Origin: Bacteroidia bacterium
GTDB taxonomy: Bacteria; Bacteroidota; Bacteroidia; UKL13-3
Length of the DNA stretch: 64,000 bases
Direction: 5' to 3'
Assembly (NCBI GenBank): GCA_025454975.1
Contig: JALONK010000003.1
Location: 838-64,837, forward strand
Position numbers and translations under genes: made by a program
Shown: in pieces, positions 10,557 through 20,500 of the stretch
Position numbering within the stretch: position 1 is the stretch's first letter
How the letters are laid out: the number at the start of each line of letters is the position of its first letter
Notes under the pieces: generated by a model
What the model was told of the DNA's origin: nothing
Database searches by the model: none
The model's input: only the letters and a program-made list of their open reading frames with translations

Positions 10557-11966
10557 ATGAACTTAAGTGATATAAAGCAAGTGTATTTTTTAGGTATAGG
10601 CGGAATTGGTATGAGTGCCATTGCTCGTTACTTTAACTCGAAAAACATCCCTGTTTCAGGATACGATAAAACAAAAACTGAGCTCACTTATCAACTCGAA
10701 CAGGAAGGAATCAAAATCCATTATCATGACAGTGGAAGCCAACTTGCAGATGTAGGTTTTAATAAAAATAATACGTTGGTGATTTTAACACCTGCCATTC
10801 CTAAAAATCATGAAGAGTGGAATTGGTTTAAACAAAATGAATTCACCATACTGAAACGTTCACAAGTATTAGGTTTAATTTGTGATGCTTATAAAACTGC
10901 AGGAGTTGCCGGCACTCATGGTAAAACCACTACGTCAACATTATTGGCCCACCTATTCAAGCAAAGTCATATTGATTGTGCTGCATTCTTAGGTGGTATA
11001 TCTACCAATTATGAAACCAATTTATTATGTATCGAAAACGAAAGTGTTAAGGAACAGAAAATAATGGTTGTTGAAGCGGATGAATTTGACCGATCGTTTT
11101 TAACTTTAAATCCGTATTACGGTATTATAACATCAACCGATGCTGATCATCTCGATATTTACGGTGAACATCAATCGTTATTAGAATCATTTGCATTGTA
11201 TGCACAAAAAGTAAGTGGTAAACTATATATAAAAAAAGAACTTGAACTCTACCAAACACTAAAAGATGAAGATAATCAAAATAGAATATTCAGTTACAGC
11301 ATAAAATCGGAAGCAGATATTTATGCAACGGATATAAAAATCGTAGGCGATAAATACATATTCAATCTACATATAGGTGGTGTTATTATAACAGATTTAT
11401 ATCTTGGCATACCGGGTTTACATAACTTAGAAAATGCTGTGGCGGCAAGTGCTATAGCCTTGTCTGAAGGCATTACTGAAGATGAGCTCAGAACTGGATT
11501 AGCTTCATTTAAAGGCGTAAAAAGACGTTTTGAATATATTTACAAATCAGATAAGTGTTTATATATTGATGATTATGCTCATCATCCAACTGAGTTAACA
11601 GCAATTATCAGTTCCATAAAAGCAATGTATCCTAATAAGAAATTACTGGCAATATTTCAGCCACATTTATTTAGCAGGACAAAAGATTTTGCTCAAGGAT
11701 TTTCGGAAAGTTTATCCCTTGCTGATGAAATAATATTACTTGATATTTATCCTGCCCGTGAATTACCAATGCCGGGGGTTCATTCGGGTATGCTTATGGA
11801 TAATATCACAACAGTAAAGCAACTAAGTACAAAAGAAGAAGTACTCGAACTGATCAAAACAAAATCGTTTGATATTTTACTTACTGTTGGCGCGGGTGAT
11901 ATAGATACACTAGTGAACCCTATTAAAAACTGGTTATTAACTTCAATAGTACCTGATGGCGTTTAA
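10557..11966 (+). CDS. murC: UDP-MurNAc-L-Ala ligase MurC
   Basis: GIGGIGMSA, AGTHGKTTT, EADEFD, DDYAHHP, FQPHLFSRT. Confidence 0.98.
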   Translation: MNLSDIKQVYFLGIGGIGMSAIARYFNSKNIPVSGYDKTKTELTYQLEQEGIKIHYHDSGSQLADVGFNKNNTLVILTPAIPKNHEEWNWFKQNEFTILKRSQVLGLICDAYKTAGVAGTHGKTTTSTLLAHLFKQSHIDCAAFLGGISTNYETNLLCIENESVKEQKIMVVEADEFDRSFLTLNPYYGIITSTDADHLDIYGEHQSLLESFALYAQKVSGKLYIKKELELYQTLKDEDNQNRIFSYSIKSEADIYATDIKIVGDKYIFNLHIGGVIITDLYLGIPGLHNLENAVAASAIALSEGITEDELRTGLASFKGVKRRFEYIYKSDKCLYIDDYAHHPTELTAIISSIKAMYPNKKLLAIFQPHLFSRTKDFAQGFSESLSLADEIILLDIYPARELPMPGVHSGMLMDNITTVKQLSTKEEVLELIKTKSFDILLTVGAGDIDTLVNPIKNWLLTSIVPDGV

Positions 11967-12756
11967 TAAAACATTATTTCTAACCCGACTTAAAAAGGTA
12001 ATGATAATAACCATGTGGATTAGCCTAATCACATCGTTATGTTTCAGTATGGCTTTTGTAAACAAAATGGAAGGAAATATAAAATGTACAGCCATTAATG
12101 TTCACATCACATCAGATGCACCGGCAGGCTTTGTTGATAGGGAAATGGTGCTTAAAAGTGTTATGCCCGGAGGAAATGAAAGTAAAATACTTGGAAGCAA
12201 AATTGAGGAATTGGATGTGAGTAAAATTGAGAACAAGTTATTACGAAATCCAATGATTAAGTGGGCAGAAGTGTACACTGATATGAACGGTAAACTTGAT
12301 ATCCACATCAAACAACGTAGGCCAATACTACGAATTTTAAATGCATTTGGCGAAAGCTATTACATAGATGAGGATGGATTAAAAATGCCGCTATCGCCTG
12401 ATTTCACGGCACAAGTACCCGTAGCATCAGGTTATATTTTTGAACACAATACCGGCAAAGATAGCATGCAAAGTTTCATTGGTAAAGAATTGTTTAAGAT
12501 AGCCACATATGTTGATAAAGATACCTTCTGGAACGCTCAGATTGAACAGATATTTGTTACAGCAGAAAATGAGTTTAACCTCTACCCTTCTATTGGCGAT
12601 CAGGTTATTCTTTTTGGCAACTCAACAGATATAGAAGACAAGTTTGCAAGACTGTTTCTTTTTTACAAAGAAGCGATGACCAGAATCGGCTGGAGCACCT
12701 ATTCTTCCATATCAGTTGAATATAAAAATCAAATTGTTGGAAAACGAAAAAATTAA
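11956..12756 (+). CDS. ftsQ: Cell division protein FtsQ/DivIB
   Basis: TM helix plus POTRA-like region and QRRPILR motif; lies between murC and ftsA. Confidence 0.88.
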   Translation: MAFNKTLFLTRLKKVMIITMWISLITSLCFSMAFVNKMEGNIKCTAINVHITSDAPAGFVDREMVLKSVMPGGNESKILGSKIEELDVSKIENKLLRNPMIKWAEVYTDMNGKLDIHIKQRRPILRILNAFGESYYIDEDGLKMPLSPDFTAQVPVASGYIFEHNTGKDSMQSFIGKELFKIATYVDKDTFWNAQIEQIFVTAENEFNLYPSIGDQVILFGNSTDIEDKFARLFLFYKEAMTRIGWSTYSSISVEYKNQIVGKRKN

Positions 12757-12768
12757 GTTATAGCTGCA

Positions 12769-14079
12769 ATGGAGCAAAGTAAAAAAGTAATCGTTGGTCT
12801 TGATATCGGAACCACAAAAGTTTGTGCCATCGTTGGTACAAAAAATGAATTCGGTAAAGTAGAAATACTTGGCATGGGTAAAGCCGATTCACTAGGAGTG
12901 ATACGTGGCGAGGTTCGAAATATAGACAAAACGGTAAAAGCCATTAGAGAAGCAGTTGACAAGGCAAAAGCAAGCATGGAAAACCATAATATCAGAGTTG
13001 AAATTAACTCGGTTCATGTTGGTATTGCAGGGCAACACATAAAAAGTAAACAGCACAGAAACAGTGTTAGTCGTAATAACCCTGAAAACGAAATCATTGC
13101 TGATGAAGTAATCGCTTTTATTAAAGAAACAGAAAAATTAGCGTTACCTCCAGGCGACCAAATTATTCACGTGCTTCCTCAGGAATATCAAGTAGATGAT
13201 TTTGCTGATGTAGCCGACCCGGTTGGTATTGCAGGGGTTAGACTTAGTGCAAACTTTCATATTATTACCGGTCATGTAGAAGCCATAAAAAATATTCATA
13301 AAAGCGTTAATCGTTCAGGATTACATGTGGCTGATTTAATTTTAGAGCCGTTATCATCATCAGAAGCGGTTCTTACTCCGGAAGAAATGGAAGCCGGCGT
13401 ATGCTTGGTTGACATTGGAGGAGGTACTACTGATGTGGCCATATTTAAAAACGGAATAATCAGACATACAGCGGTAATACCTTTTGGTGGTAATATTATA
13501 ACAGAAGATGTGGTTGAAGGTTGTCAAGTATTAAGGAATCAAGCCGAATTATTAAAAATAAAATTCGGTTCGGCAGTTGCCGAGGAAAACAAAGAAAATG
13601 AAATAGTTTGTATACCGGGATTCCATGGACGTCCGCCAAAAGAGGTTTCAATAAAAAACCTTGCTATGGTTATTCAAGCACGTGTAGAAGAAATTTTTGA
13701 ATCTGTTCTTTACCAAATTAAAAGCTCAGGACTAGAACGTAAACTTAATGCAGGCATTGTTATAACCGGTGGAGGTTCACAACTTAAAGATTTAAGCAAA
13801 TTAGTAGAATATGTAACAGGTATGGATGCCAGAATCGGTTACCCTAATGAACATATAGCTAAATCAATTGCCGATGAAATTAAAAGTCCGATGTATGCCA
13901 CAGGTGTTGGTTTGGTTATTAAAGGACTAAATGATAATTGGAATGAAATGGAATCTGAGCAAGAGGAAAATAACGAGCATAAATTAGATTCAAAAAGAAA
14001 AACCGGAGGATTCTTAAGTTCATGGCTGGAAAAAGGAATGGCATGGCTTAACGATGATGATATGAAAGATTATAATTAA
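12769..14079 (+). CDS. ftsA: Cell division protein FtsA
   Basis: GLDIGTTKV, VDIGGGTTD, GIVITGGG, YATGVGL. Confidence 0.98.
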   Translation: MEQSKKVIVGLDIGTTKVCAIVGTKNEFGKVEILGMGKADSLGVIRGEVRNIDKTVKAIREAVDKAKASMENHNIRVEINSVHVGIAGQHIKSKQHRNSVSRNNPENEIIADEVIAFIKETEKLALPPGDQIIHVLPQEYQVDDFADVADPVGIAGVRLSANFHIITGHVEAIKNIHKSVNRSGLHVADLILEPLSSSEAVLTPEEMEAGVCLVDIGGGTTDVAIFKNGIIRHTAVIPFGGNIITEDVVEGCQVLRNQAELLKIKFGSAVAEENKENEIVCIPGFHGRPPKEVSIKNLAMVIQARVEEIFESVLYQIKSSGLERKLNAGIVITGGGSQLKDLSKLVEYVTGMDARIGYPNEHIAKSIADEIKSPMYATGVGLVIKGLNDNWNEMESEQEENNEHKLDSKRKTGGFLSSWLEKGMAWLNDDDMKDYN

Positions 14080-14099
14080 ACCCTTTAATAAAAAAGAAT

Positions 14100-15809
14100 A
14101 TGAATACTTTAAAATTTGATCTTCCTAAAGATAAATCAAGCATTATTAAGGTGCTTGGGGTTGGCGGTGGTGGCGGCAATGCCGTAAATCACATGTTTAG
14201 CCAAGGCATTAAAGGGGTTGACTTTGTTATTTGCAATACTGATTTACAAGCACTGGAAGCCAGTGCAATACCAAATAAAATTCAATTAGGTGCTAGTTTA
14301 ACATCAGGACTTGGAGCCGGAGCTGATCCTGATAAAGGACACAAAGCTGCTATGGAAGCCATAGAAGATATAATTGAAGTACTTGGCGTAAATACAAAAA
14401 TGCTGTTTATTACTGCCGGAATGGGCGGTGGTACAGGTACAGGTGCAGCTCCTGTTATTGCAAAAGCAGCAAGAGAACTTGATATATTAACTGTTGGTAT
14501 TGTTACTACACCATTCAGCTTCGAAGGTAAAAAAAGAAAAGGTCATGCCGAAGAAGGTATTGAACAATTAAAAAGAAGTGTTGATTGTTTGCTTGTTATT
14601 AATAATGACAAAATAAAATCAATGTATGGTAATTTACCACTTCGTACCGCATTTAGTCATGCAATTGATATCTTAACAATTGCTGCTAAAGGTATTGCAG
14701 AAATAATTACCGATACAGGTTATATCAATGTTGACTTTGAAGATGTGAAAACAGTGATGAGAAATAGCGGAGTTGCATTGATGGGAAGCGCAAGCGCTGA
14801 TGGCGAAAACAGAGCTGTTGAAGCCGCTAAAGCTGCATTGGCATCTCCATTGTTAAATGATAACCAAATTCGTGGCGCTAAAAATATATTGTTAAATATA
14901 TCATTTGGTACAAGTGAAGTGTTAATGGATGAAATTGATATTATCACCAGCTATATTCAAGAACAAGCCGGACAAACAGCCGATGTTATTTTTGGAACTT
15001 CAATTGATGAAACATTAGGCGAAAAAATTTCTGTAACCCTAATTTGTACAGGATTCGAAAGTCGTGATAATAAAATCATTTTTCATTCACCTGAAGTACA
15101 AAATATAGAACAAAAAACCAAACATGTATTGTATGAAACTCCTGTTAAACCTAATATGATTATAGGTAATCCACTTGAGAATTTAATTGCACCAAAGGTT
15201 GAAAAAGTAGAAGAAATTATTGAACCTGTGGTTGATGAAATACAACCTGTGGAAGAAGAAACAATAAGACACGAATTGATTGTAGATACTCAAGACAATA
15301 TGCAACATATTGAACCTGTTATTGAGCAACCAACCAACATCGAAAACGAATTGGAAGAGGAAGAGGAAACGGAAGAAGTAATGGAACCATTTTTGAAAAC
15401 AATAACTCCTGTAAACGAAATTGAAATTCCTCCAATTAAAGAACCGGAACAAGAATTGAGTATTGATGAACCTGTGGCTTTTAATACTGTAAACGAAGAG
15501 GAAACCCTACATTTTAGTATTGATGAAGAGTTTCAATTTGAAGAACAAAATCAACAAGTTGAACAGGAAGAAAGAATCAAACAAAGTATTGCTCGACTAA
15601 AAAAAATAAAAGAGCTTAACCTTCAAATAAGTTCACCCGGTGGAGTTAGAGACCTTGAAAAAGAACCTGCATACATCAGAAGACAAAAAAAGTTAAATGA
15701 AGTACCACATTCCTCTGAGCAATCAGTTTCTAGACTAAGCTTGTTTGATGACGGTACCAATAATGGTATTCGCACCAATAATAGTTTTTTACATGATAAC
15801 GTTGATTAA
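14100..15809 (+). CDS. ftsZ: Cell division protein FtsZ with a long acidic linker
   Basis: GVGGGGGNA, GMGGGTGTG tubulin signature, NVDFEDV; Bacteroidota-type C-terminus EPAYIRR...SFLHDNVD. Confidence 0.99.
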   Translation: MNTLKFDLPKDKSSIIKVLGVGGGGGNAVNHMFSQGIKGVDFVICNTDLQALEASAIPNKIQLGASLTSGLGAGADPDKGHKAAMEAIEDIIEVLGVNTKMLFITAGMGGGTGTGAAPVIAKAARELDILTVGIVTTPFSFEGKKRKGHAEEGIEQLKRSVDCLLVINNDKIKSMYGNLPLRTAFSHAIDILTIAAKGIAEIITDTGYINVDFEDVKTVMRNSGVALMGSASADGENRAVEAAKAALASPLLNDNQIRGAKNILLNISFGTSEVLMDEIDIITSYIQEQAGQTADVIFGTSIDETLGEKISVTLICTGFESRDNKIIFHSPEVQNIEQKTKHVLYETPVKPNMIIGNPLENLIAPKVEKVEEIIEPVVDEIQPVEEETIRHELIVDTQDNMQHIEPVIEQPTNIENELEEEEETEEVMEPFLKTITPVNEIEIPPIKEPEQELSIDEPVAFNTVNEEETLHFSIDEEFQFEEQNQQVEQEERIKQSIARLKKIKELNLQISSPGGVRDLEKEPAYIRRQKKLNEVPHSSEQSVSRLSLFDDGTNNGIRTNNSFLHDNVD

Positions 15810-15820
15810 GTAACTCATAT

Positions 15821-15849
15821 AACCCCGCTTACGCGGGGTTTTTATTTTT
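15821..15849 (+). terminator. Intrinsic terminator of the dcw operon
   Basis: AACCCCGC-TTAC-GCGGGGTT hairpin followed by TTTATTTTT, 11 bp after the ftsZ stop. Confidence 0.9.
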
Positions 15850-15858
15850 ATAGCCATC

Positions 15859-16428
15859 ATGAAGTTCGCCAAAAAATATGATAAAGACATTTTTTGTCTA
15901 GAAGGTGATTGGAGTAAAGACCTTAAACAACAAACCTCCGTTCAGGCAGTATTATTATTCCTGAAACAAAACCGTAATATCAACTTTATACATCGTCATT
16001 GCGGAACTCGTGAAAACTTAGCGTATTATTTAAAACAAGTTCAGCTTAAAAAATATAGTAAGTATAGCATCATCTATATTGCATTCCATGGTAAACCAAA
16101 TGAAATATTAATTGGAAAAGATAGGGTAACCTTAGATGAATTGGCAGATATGCTGGGCCCAAATTGTAATGACAAAATAATTCATTTTGGTACTTGCCAT
16201 ACCTTAAATACTGATCTTCGAAACATCAAACGCTTTTTAAGAAAAACTAATGCTTTATGTGTATGCGGATTCGGTAAAGAAATTCCTTTTGTTGAAAGTA
16301 GTGTGTTTGATATACTGTTTATAGATATGCTTCAAGAATTCCGTAATATCGCTACTGTTAGTCAAAAAATTAATGATGACTATAAATCATTTGCACAAAA
16401 ACTAAGTTTTAAAATTGTTTATCTGTAA
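15859..16428 (+). CDS. DUF6642-like protein; possible clan CD (caspase/CHAT-like) peptidase
   Basis: IFCLEGDW N-terminus recalled from this Bacteroidota family; IIYIAFHG (H77) and IIHFGTC (C113) resemble caspase-fold catalytic strands. Confidence 0.65.
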   Translation: MKFAKKYDKDIFCLEGDWSKDLKQQTSVQAVLLFLKQNRNINFIHRHCGTRENLAYYLKQVQLKKYSKYSIIYIAFHGKPNEILIGKDRVTLDELADMLGPNCNDKIIHFGTCHTLNTDLRNIKRFLRKTNALCVCGFGKEIPFVESSVFDILFIDMLQEFRNIATVSQKINDDYKSFAQKLSFKIVYL

Positions 16429-16434
16429 TGTTTA

Positions 16435-17388
16435 TTAGTGCTTACGTTTTCTATTACTCATATATGTTTTAATTGCCTCGTTTGTTGTATACCATACTCT
16501 TCCCTCTTTATATGCATCAATCACACCTCTTCTAGCCAGTAAACTCAAATATTCCTGACCATACGGAATATGTTCCTCAGCTACTATATCCGATATTGAT
16601 CTATACTCATCAGCATAGTTATCAAATGTTGAAATGTATATATTTAAGCTACGCTCAACAGCTTGACAAATCAATAAAATGAGTTTATTGTAATCACCTT
16701 CATTAGCCTGGTTTAAAGCATTGTAATATTTTTTACGATCGTTACGCAAAATAATAGCCGGAGGGAAACCCTCTTTCATTAATAGCAAGTTGTAAAGTAA
16801 TCTGGCTGTGCGACCATTGCCATCAAAAAAAGGATGTATCCATACAAAACGATGATGAAATATAGTTGCTCGAATAACCGGATGCAAATCATTAGCGGCG
16901 TTATTTGTCCATTTCATTAATTCATGCATCAATTCATATACTTTTAAAGCATTTGGAGGAGTAAAATTAGCCCCTGTTATACGCACACCCGCATTACGAA
17001 ATCTTCCGGCATAATCTTTTTCAATTTTATCTAATACCAAACTATGTGTGTGAAGAATATCGTACTCAGTAATCAGGTAATGAGGATGAACAATGGATTC
17101 AATAAATTGAACAGCTTCAAAGTGATTAACAGCCTCAAAATGCTCTCGTAATGATTTACCTCTAACAGTTATTCCATCTTGCAATACCATCTTAGTTTCT
17201 TGAAGTGTTAATGTATTCCCTTCTATACTGTTGCTGTTGTAAGTCCATTCAATTGATAATTCATTTGTAATTCGCTTAAGCGCAGAAACGGGCAAAGGTC
17301 GTAGTTTTTTAAGCACGGATAGTTTTTCATCCAGTCTATTCAATAATGCTTTTGACTGCTCATCTAAATTAATTACTGGCCACTTCAT
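16435..17388 (-). CDS. Fic family protein (class II) with C-terminal HTH
   Basis: HPFFDGNGRTAR Fic motif (185-196); N-terminal inhibitory SNSIEG (S52-G57); C-terminal YLSLLARRGVIDAYKEGRVWY excisionase-like HTH. Confidence 0.93.
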   Translation of the reverse strand: MKWPVINLDEQSKALLNRLDEKLSVLKKLRPLPVSALKRITNELSIEWTYNSNSIEGNTLTLQETKMVLQDGITVRGKSLREHFEAVNHFEAVQFIESIVHPHYLITEYDILHTHSLVLDKIEKDYAGRFRNAGVRITGANFTPPNALKVYELMHELMKWTNNAANDLHPVIRATIFHHRFVWIHPFFDGNGRTARLLYNLLLMKEGFPPAIILRNDRKKYYNALNQANEGDYNKLILLICQAVERSLNIYISTFDNYADEYRSISDIVAEEHIPYGQEYLSLLARRGVIDAYKEGRVWYTTNEAIKTYMSNRKRKH

Positions 17389-17573
17389 CCCTCAAATATC
17401 GGTTTTTTCATAATATTTTATATCCGATAATATAATTATAAATCATTTACTCGGATAGTTTCACATAAAAACATGAATTTCTCAAAAGATTAAATTGTAT
17501 TACCTAAACTTAATATTAAGTTCAAATACCATACGGTACTTTGTCAATTAGTAAAATCCTATTAAAGGTTTGT

Positions 17574-20500
17574 ATGAAAAATTTATACTTTATTAAGGTA
17601 TTATGTTTGCTACTACTAATATGTATTGGTAAAAACAGTGTTGGACAAACAACATTGTTCAGCGATAATTTTAGCACAAGCAGAGGAACAACATACACCA
17701 CAACTGTCGGTGCCATCGGGTCTGATGCCAACTGGCTGATTTCGCGCTCCGGCTCTGATATGGGCGCTCGAATTGATGGCGGTATATTAGATTTAACAAA
17801 CGATGCAAGCGCAACAAGTAACGCAAATGGTTGGGTTTTTGGATATAGAGACATCAACTCACTTTCAGGATGGAACACAACCCTATCAAGCAACACAGGA
17901 ACTGTTAGCTGGGAATTTAATATGCGCCAAATTAGAACTGACCCGGCAGGATTTGGTGCAGGTTCATATGGAGTTGCTTTTGTACTTGCAAGTACTAATA
18001 CAACAGTTAGTACATCAGGTAGCGGCTATGCTGTAGTTTTAGGTCAAAGCGGCTCAACCGATGCTATAAGATTGATTCATTTTAATAACGGTTTACAAGG
18101 CACATCAACAAATATTATTAGCAGTAATACAACAGGATTAACTGATTTTGGTAACGAATACCTAAGTGTTAGGGTAACTTATATTCCAAGTTCAAACACT
18201 TGGGAACTGTTCTTAAGGAATGATGGCACAACAACCTTTACAGACCCAACAGGTGGTACTGCATTAACCTCTCAAGGTACCGCCAATAACTCAACATATA
18301 CATCAACTAGTGGGATGAGATATATTGGTGGATATTGGCAAGGTTCAACAGCAGCGAATCAAACAGCATTTTTTGATAATGTTTATTTAAAAGTAACTTC
18401 TGCCTCATCAGCTACTATAACCGGGACTGCTACAACCTCTGCTTTTACAACAACTTATGGTACTGCTTCTGCGGCTCAACAATTCAGTATTTCCGGTAGT
18501 AATCTTACAGCTAATTTGATAGCAACCGCCCCTACCGGATTTCAGGTTTCAAACGATGGAACAAATTTTGGTACAACCGCAACATTCAATCAAACAAGTG
18601 GTAACGCATCAGGAACATTACATATACGCTTAGCAGCAACTGCAACAGTTGGCAATTATAATAATATGCAAATTGTTCTTTCAAGTACTGGTGCTACATC
18701 AGTTAACATCACAACACCAATAAGTGGAAATACGGTTACAGCAGCAACAATAACTATAACCGGACTTACAGCAAGTAATAAAGATTTCGATGGAACCACA
18801 ACTGTTTCTGTAACAGGTATACCAAGCTATAACGGACTAGTAAACAGTGAATCTTTTTCTGTTACCGGAAGTGTAACTTGGGCGTTTCCTGATGCAAATG
18901 TTGGGAATAATAAAACCTTAATAAGAACAGGAAATTATAATGCACCATCTACCAACTATACAGTTATCCAACCAACATTAACAGCAAACATATCTGCAAC
19001 AATACCCGGTGCACCTAATATTACTAATATAACTAATGGAAATGGTGAAGTTACTGTAATATTTAACACACCAACATCTAACGGAGGTAGCGCAATAACC
19101 AATTATAAATATTCAACTGATAATGGTTTAAATTATATAGCCCTCTCACCAAATGTTACTACAAGTCCACTTATAATCACCGGACTAACAAATAATACCA
19201 CCTATCAAATAAAGATTAGAGCCATTAATGCCATTGGTGATGGTGCAGAAAGTAACATGATTCAAGCTACTCCAACCAATAACACACCACCCTCAGTAAA
19301 TATATCATCTGCCACCGGTATTACATCAACAGCAGCTACCTTAAATGGAGAAGTAACAAATGAAGGTTCGGTAAGTGTTACTGATAGAGGATTTGTGTAC
19401 AACACTACCTCCGGTGTAACCATAGCTAATAATAAAACACAAAGTGGATCAGGTTTAGGTTCATTTTCTATTACACCAACTTTAACAGTTAACACACAAT
19501 ATTATTTCAAATCGTATGCTATAAATTCAGCAGGAACAACTTTAAGTACGGAACTTAACTTTTGGACATTGGCAAATATACCTACGGCACCAATTGTAAA
19601 TTCACCTAGTGCCACTACCTTAAATATTGCAATTGGAAATAGCGATGGAAATCCAAACAATACAACCTATGCCATAAGGGAAAACAATAGTGGGAATTTC
19701 GTTCAAATAAATGGATCATTAGGGGTTACCGAAATTTGGCAAACAGCAGCAACATGGGGCACTATTACCATAACCGGATTAAGCTCATCCACAAGTTATA
19801 CCTTTAGTGTTAAAGCTAGAAATGGTAATGATGTGGAGACAAGTTATGGAAGCAATACCTCTGCTTCAACGTCGGCATCCATTGTAACCATAGCAGGATG
19901 GAATTTTGATGGCCTCACGGGTGCCGGAGCTAGTCCGCAAAATGCAAATACCATAGCAAGTAACGTTAGCATAACGGGGCTTACACGAGCAAGTGCATTA
20001 GGAAATTCAGGTTCGCCTGCAAGTAATGCATGGGGTTCAACGGTAAATGTTACAGGACTAAGTGACGCCTCAGCCGCAATTAATGCTAACAGTTTCATCA
20101 CCTTCACAGTTAAAGCAAATAGTGGATACCTAATCAGCTTAAATGAAATTTCAACTTATAACATTAGGCGTTCAGTCTCGGGCCCAACTTCGGGTCAATG
20201 GCAATACAGTATAGATGGCACAACCTTTACTAATATTGGCACTACGATAACTTGGGGTAGCACAACCAATGCTGCAGGTAATGCACAAACTGCTATTAAT
20301 TTATCCGGAATAACAGCTTTACAAAACGTTTCAGTAAACACTACCATTACTTTTAGATGCATAATATGGGGGGCAAGCGGTGCATCCGGCACTTGGTACT
20401 TTAATGAGTTTCAAACCGGGAACGATCTAATTGTTCGTGGTACAGTTGAAGTAAATACTTCACCTTTCATTGAAGTATCAACAACGCAACTTTCCGGATT

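Noticed and set aside
744-15809. Missing murF/ddl, enlarged MraY and long acidic FtsZ linker
   Set aside because: These are ordinary for Bacteroidota dcw clusters.
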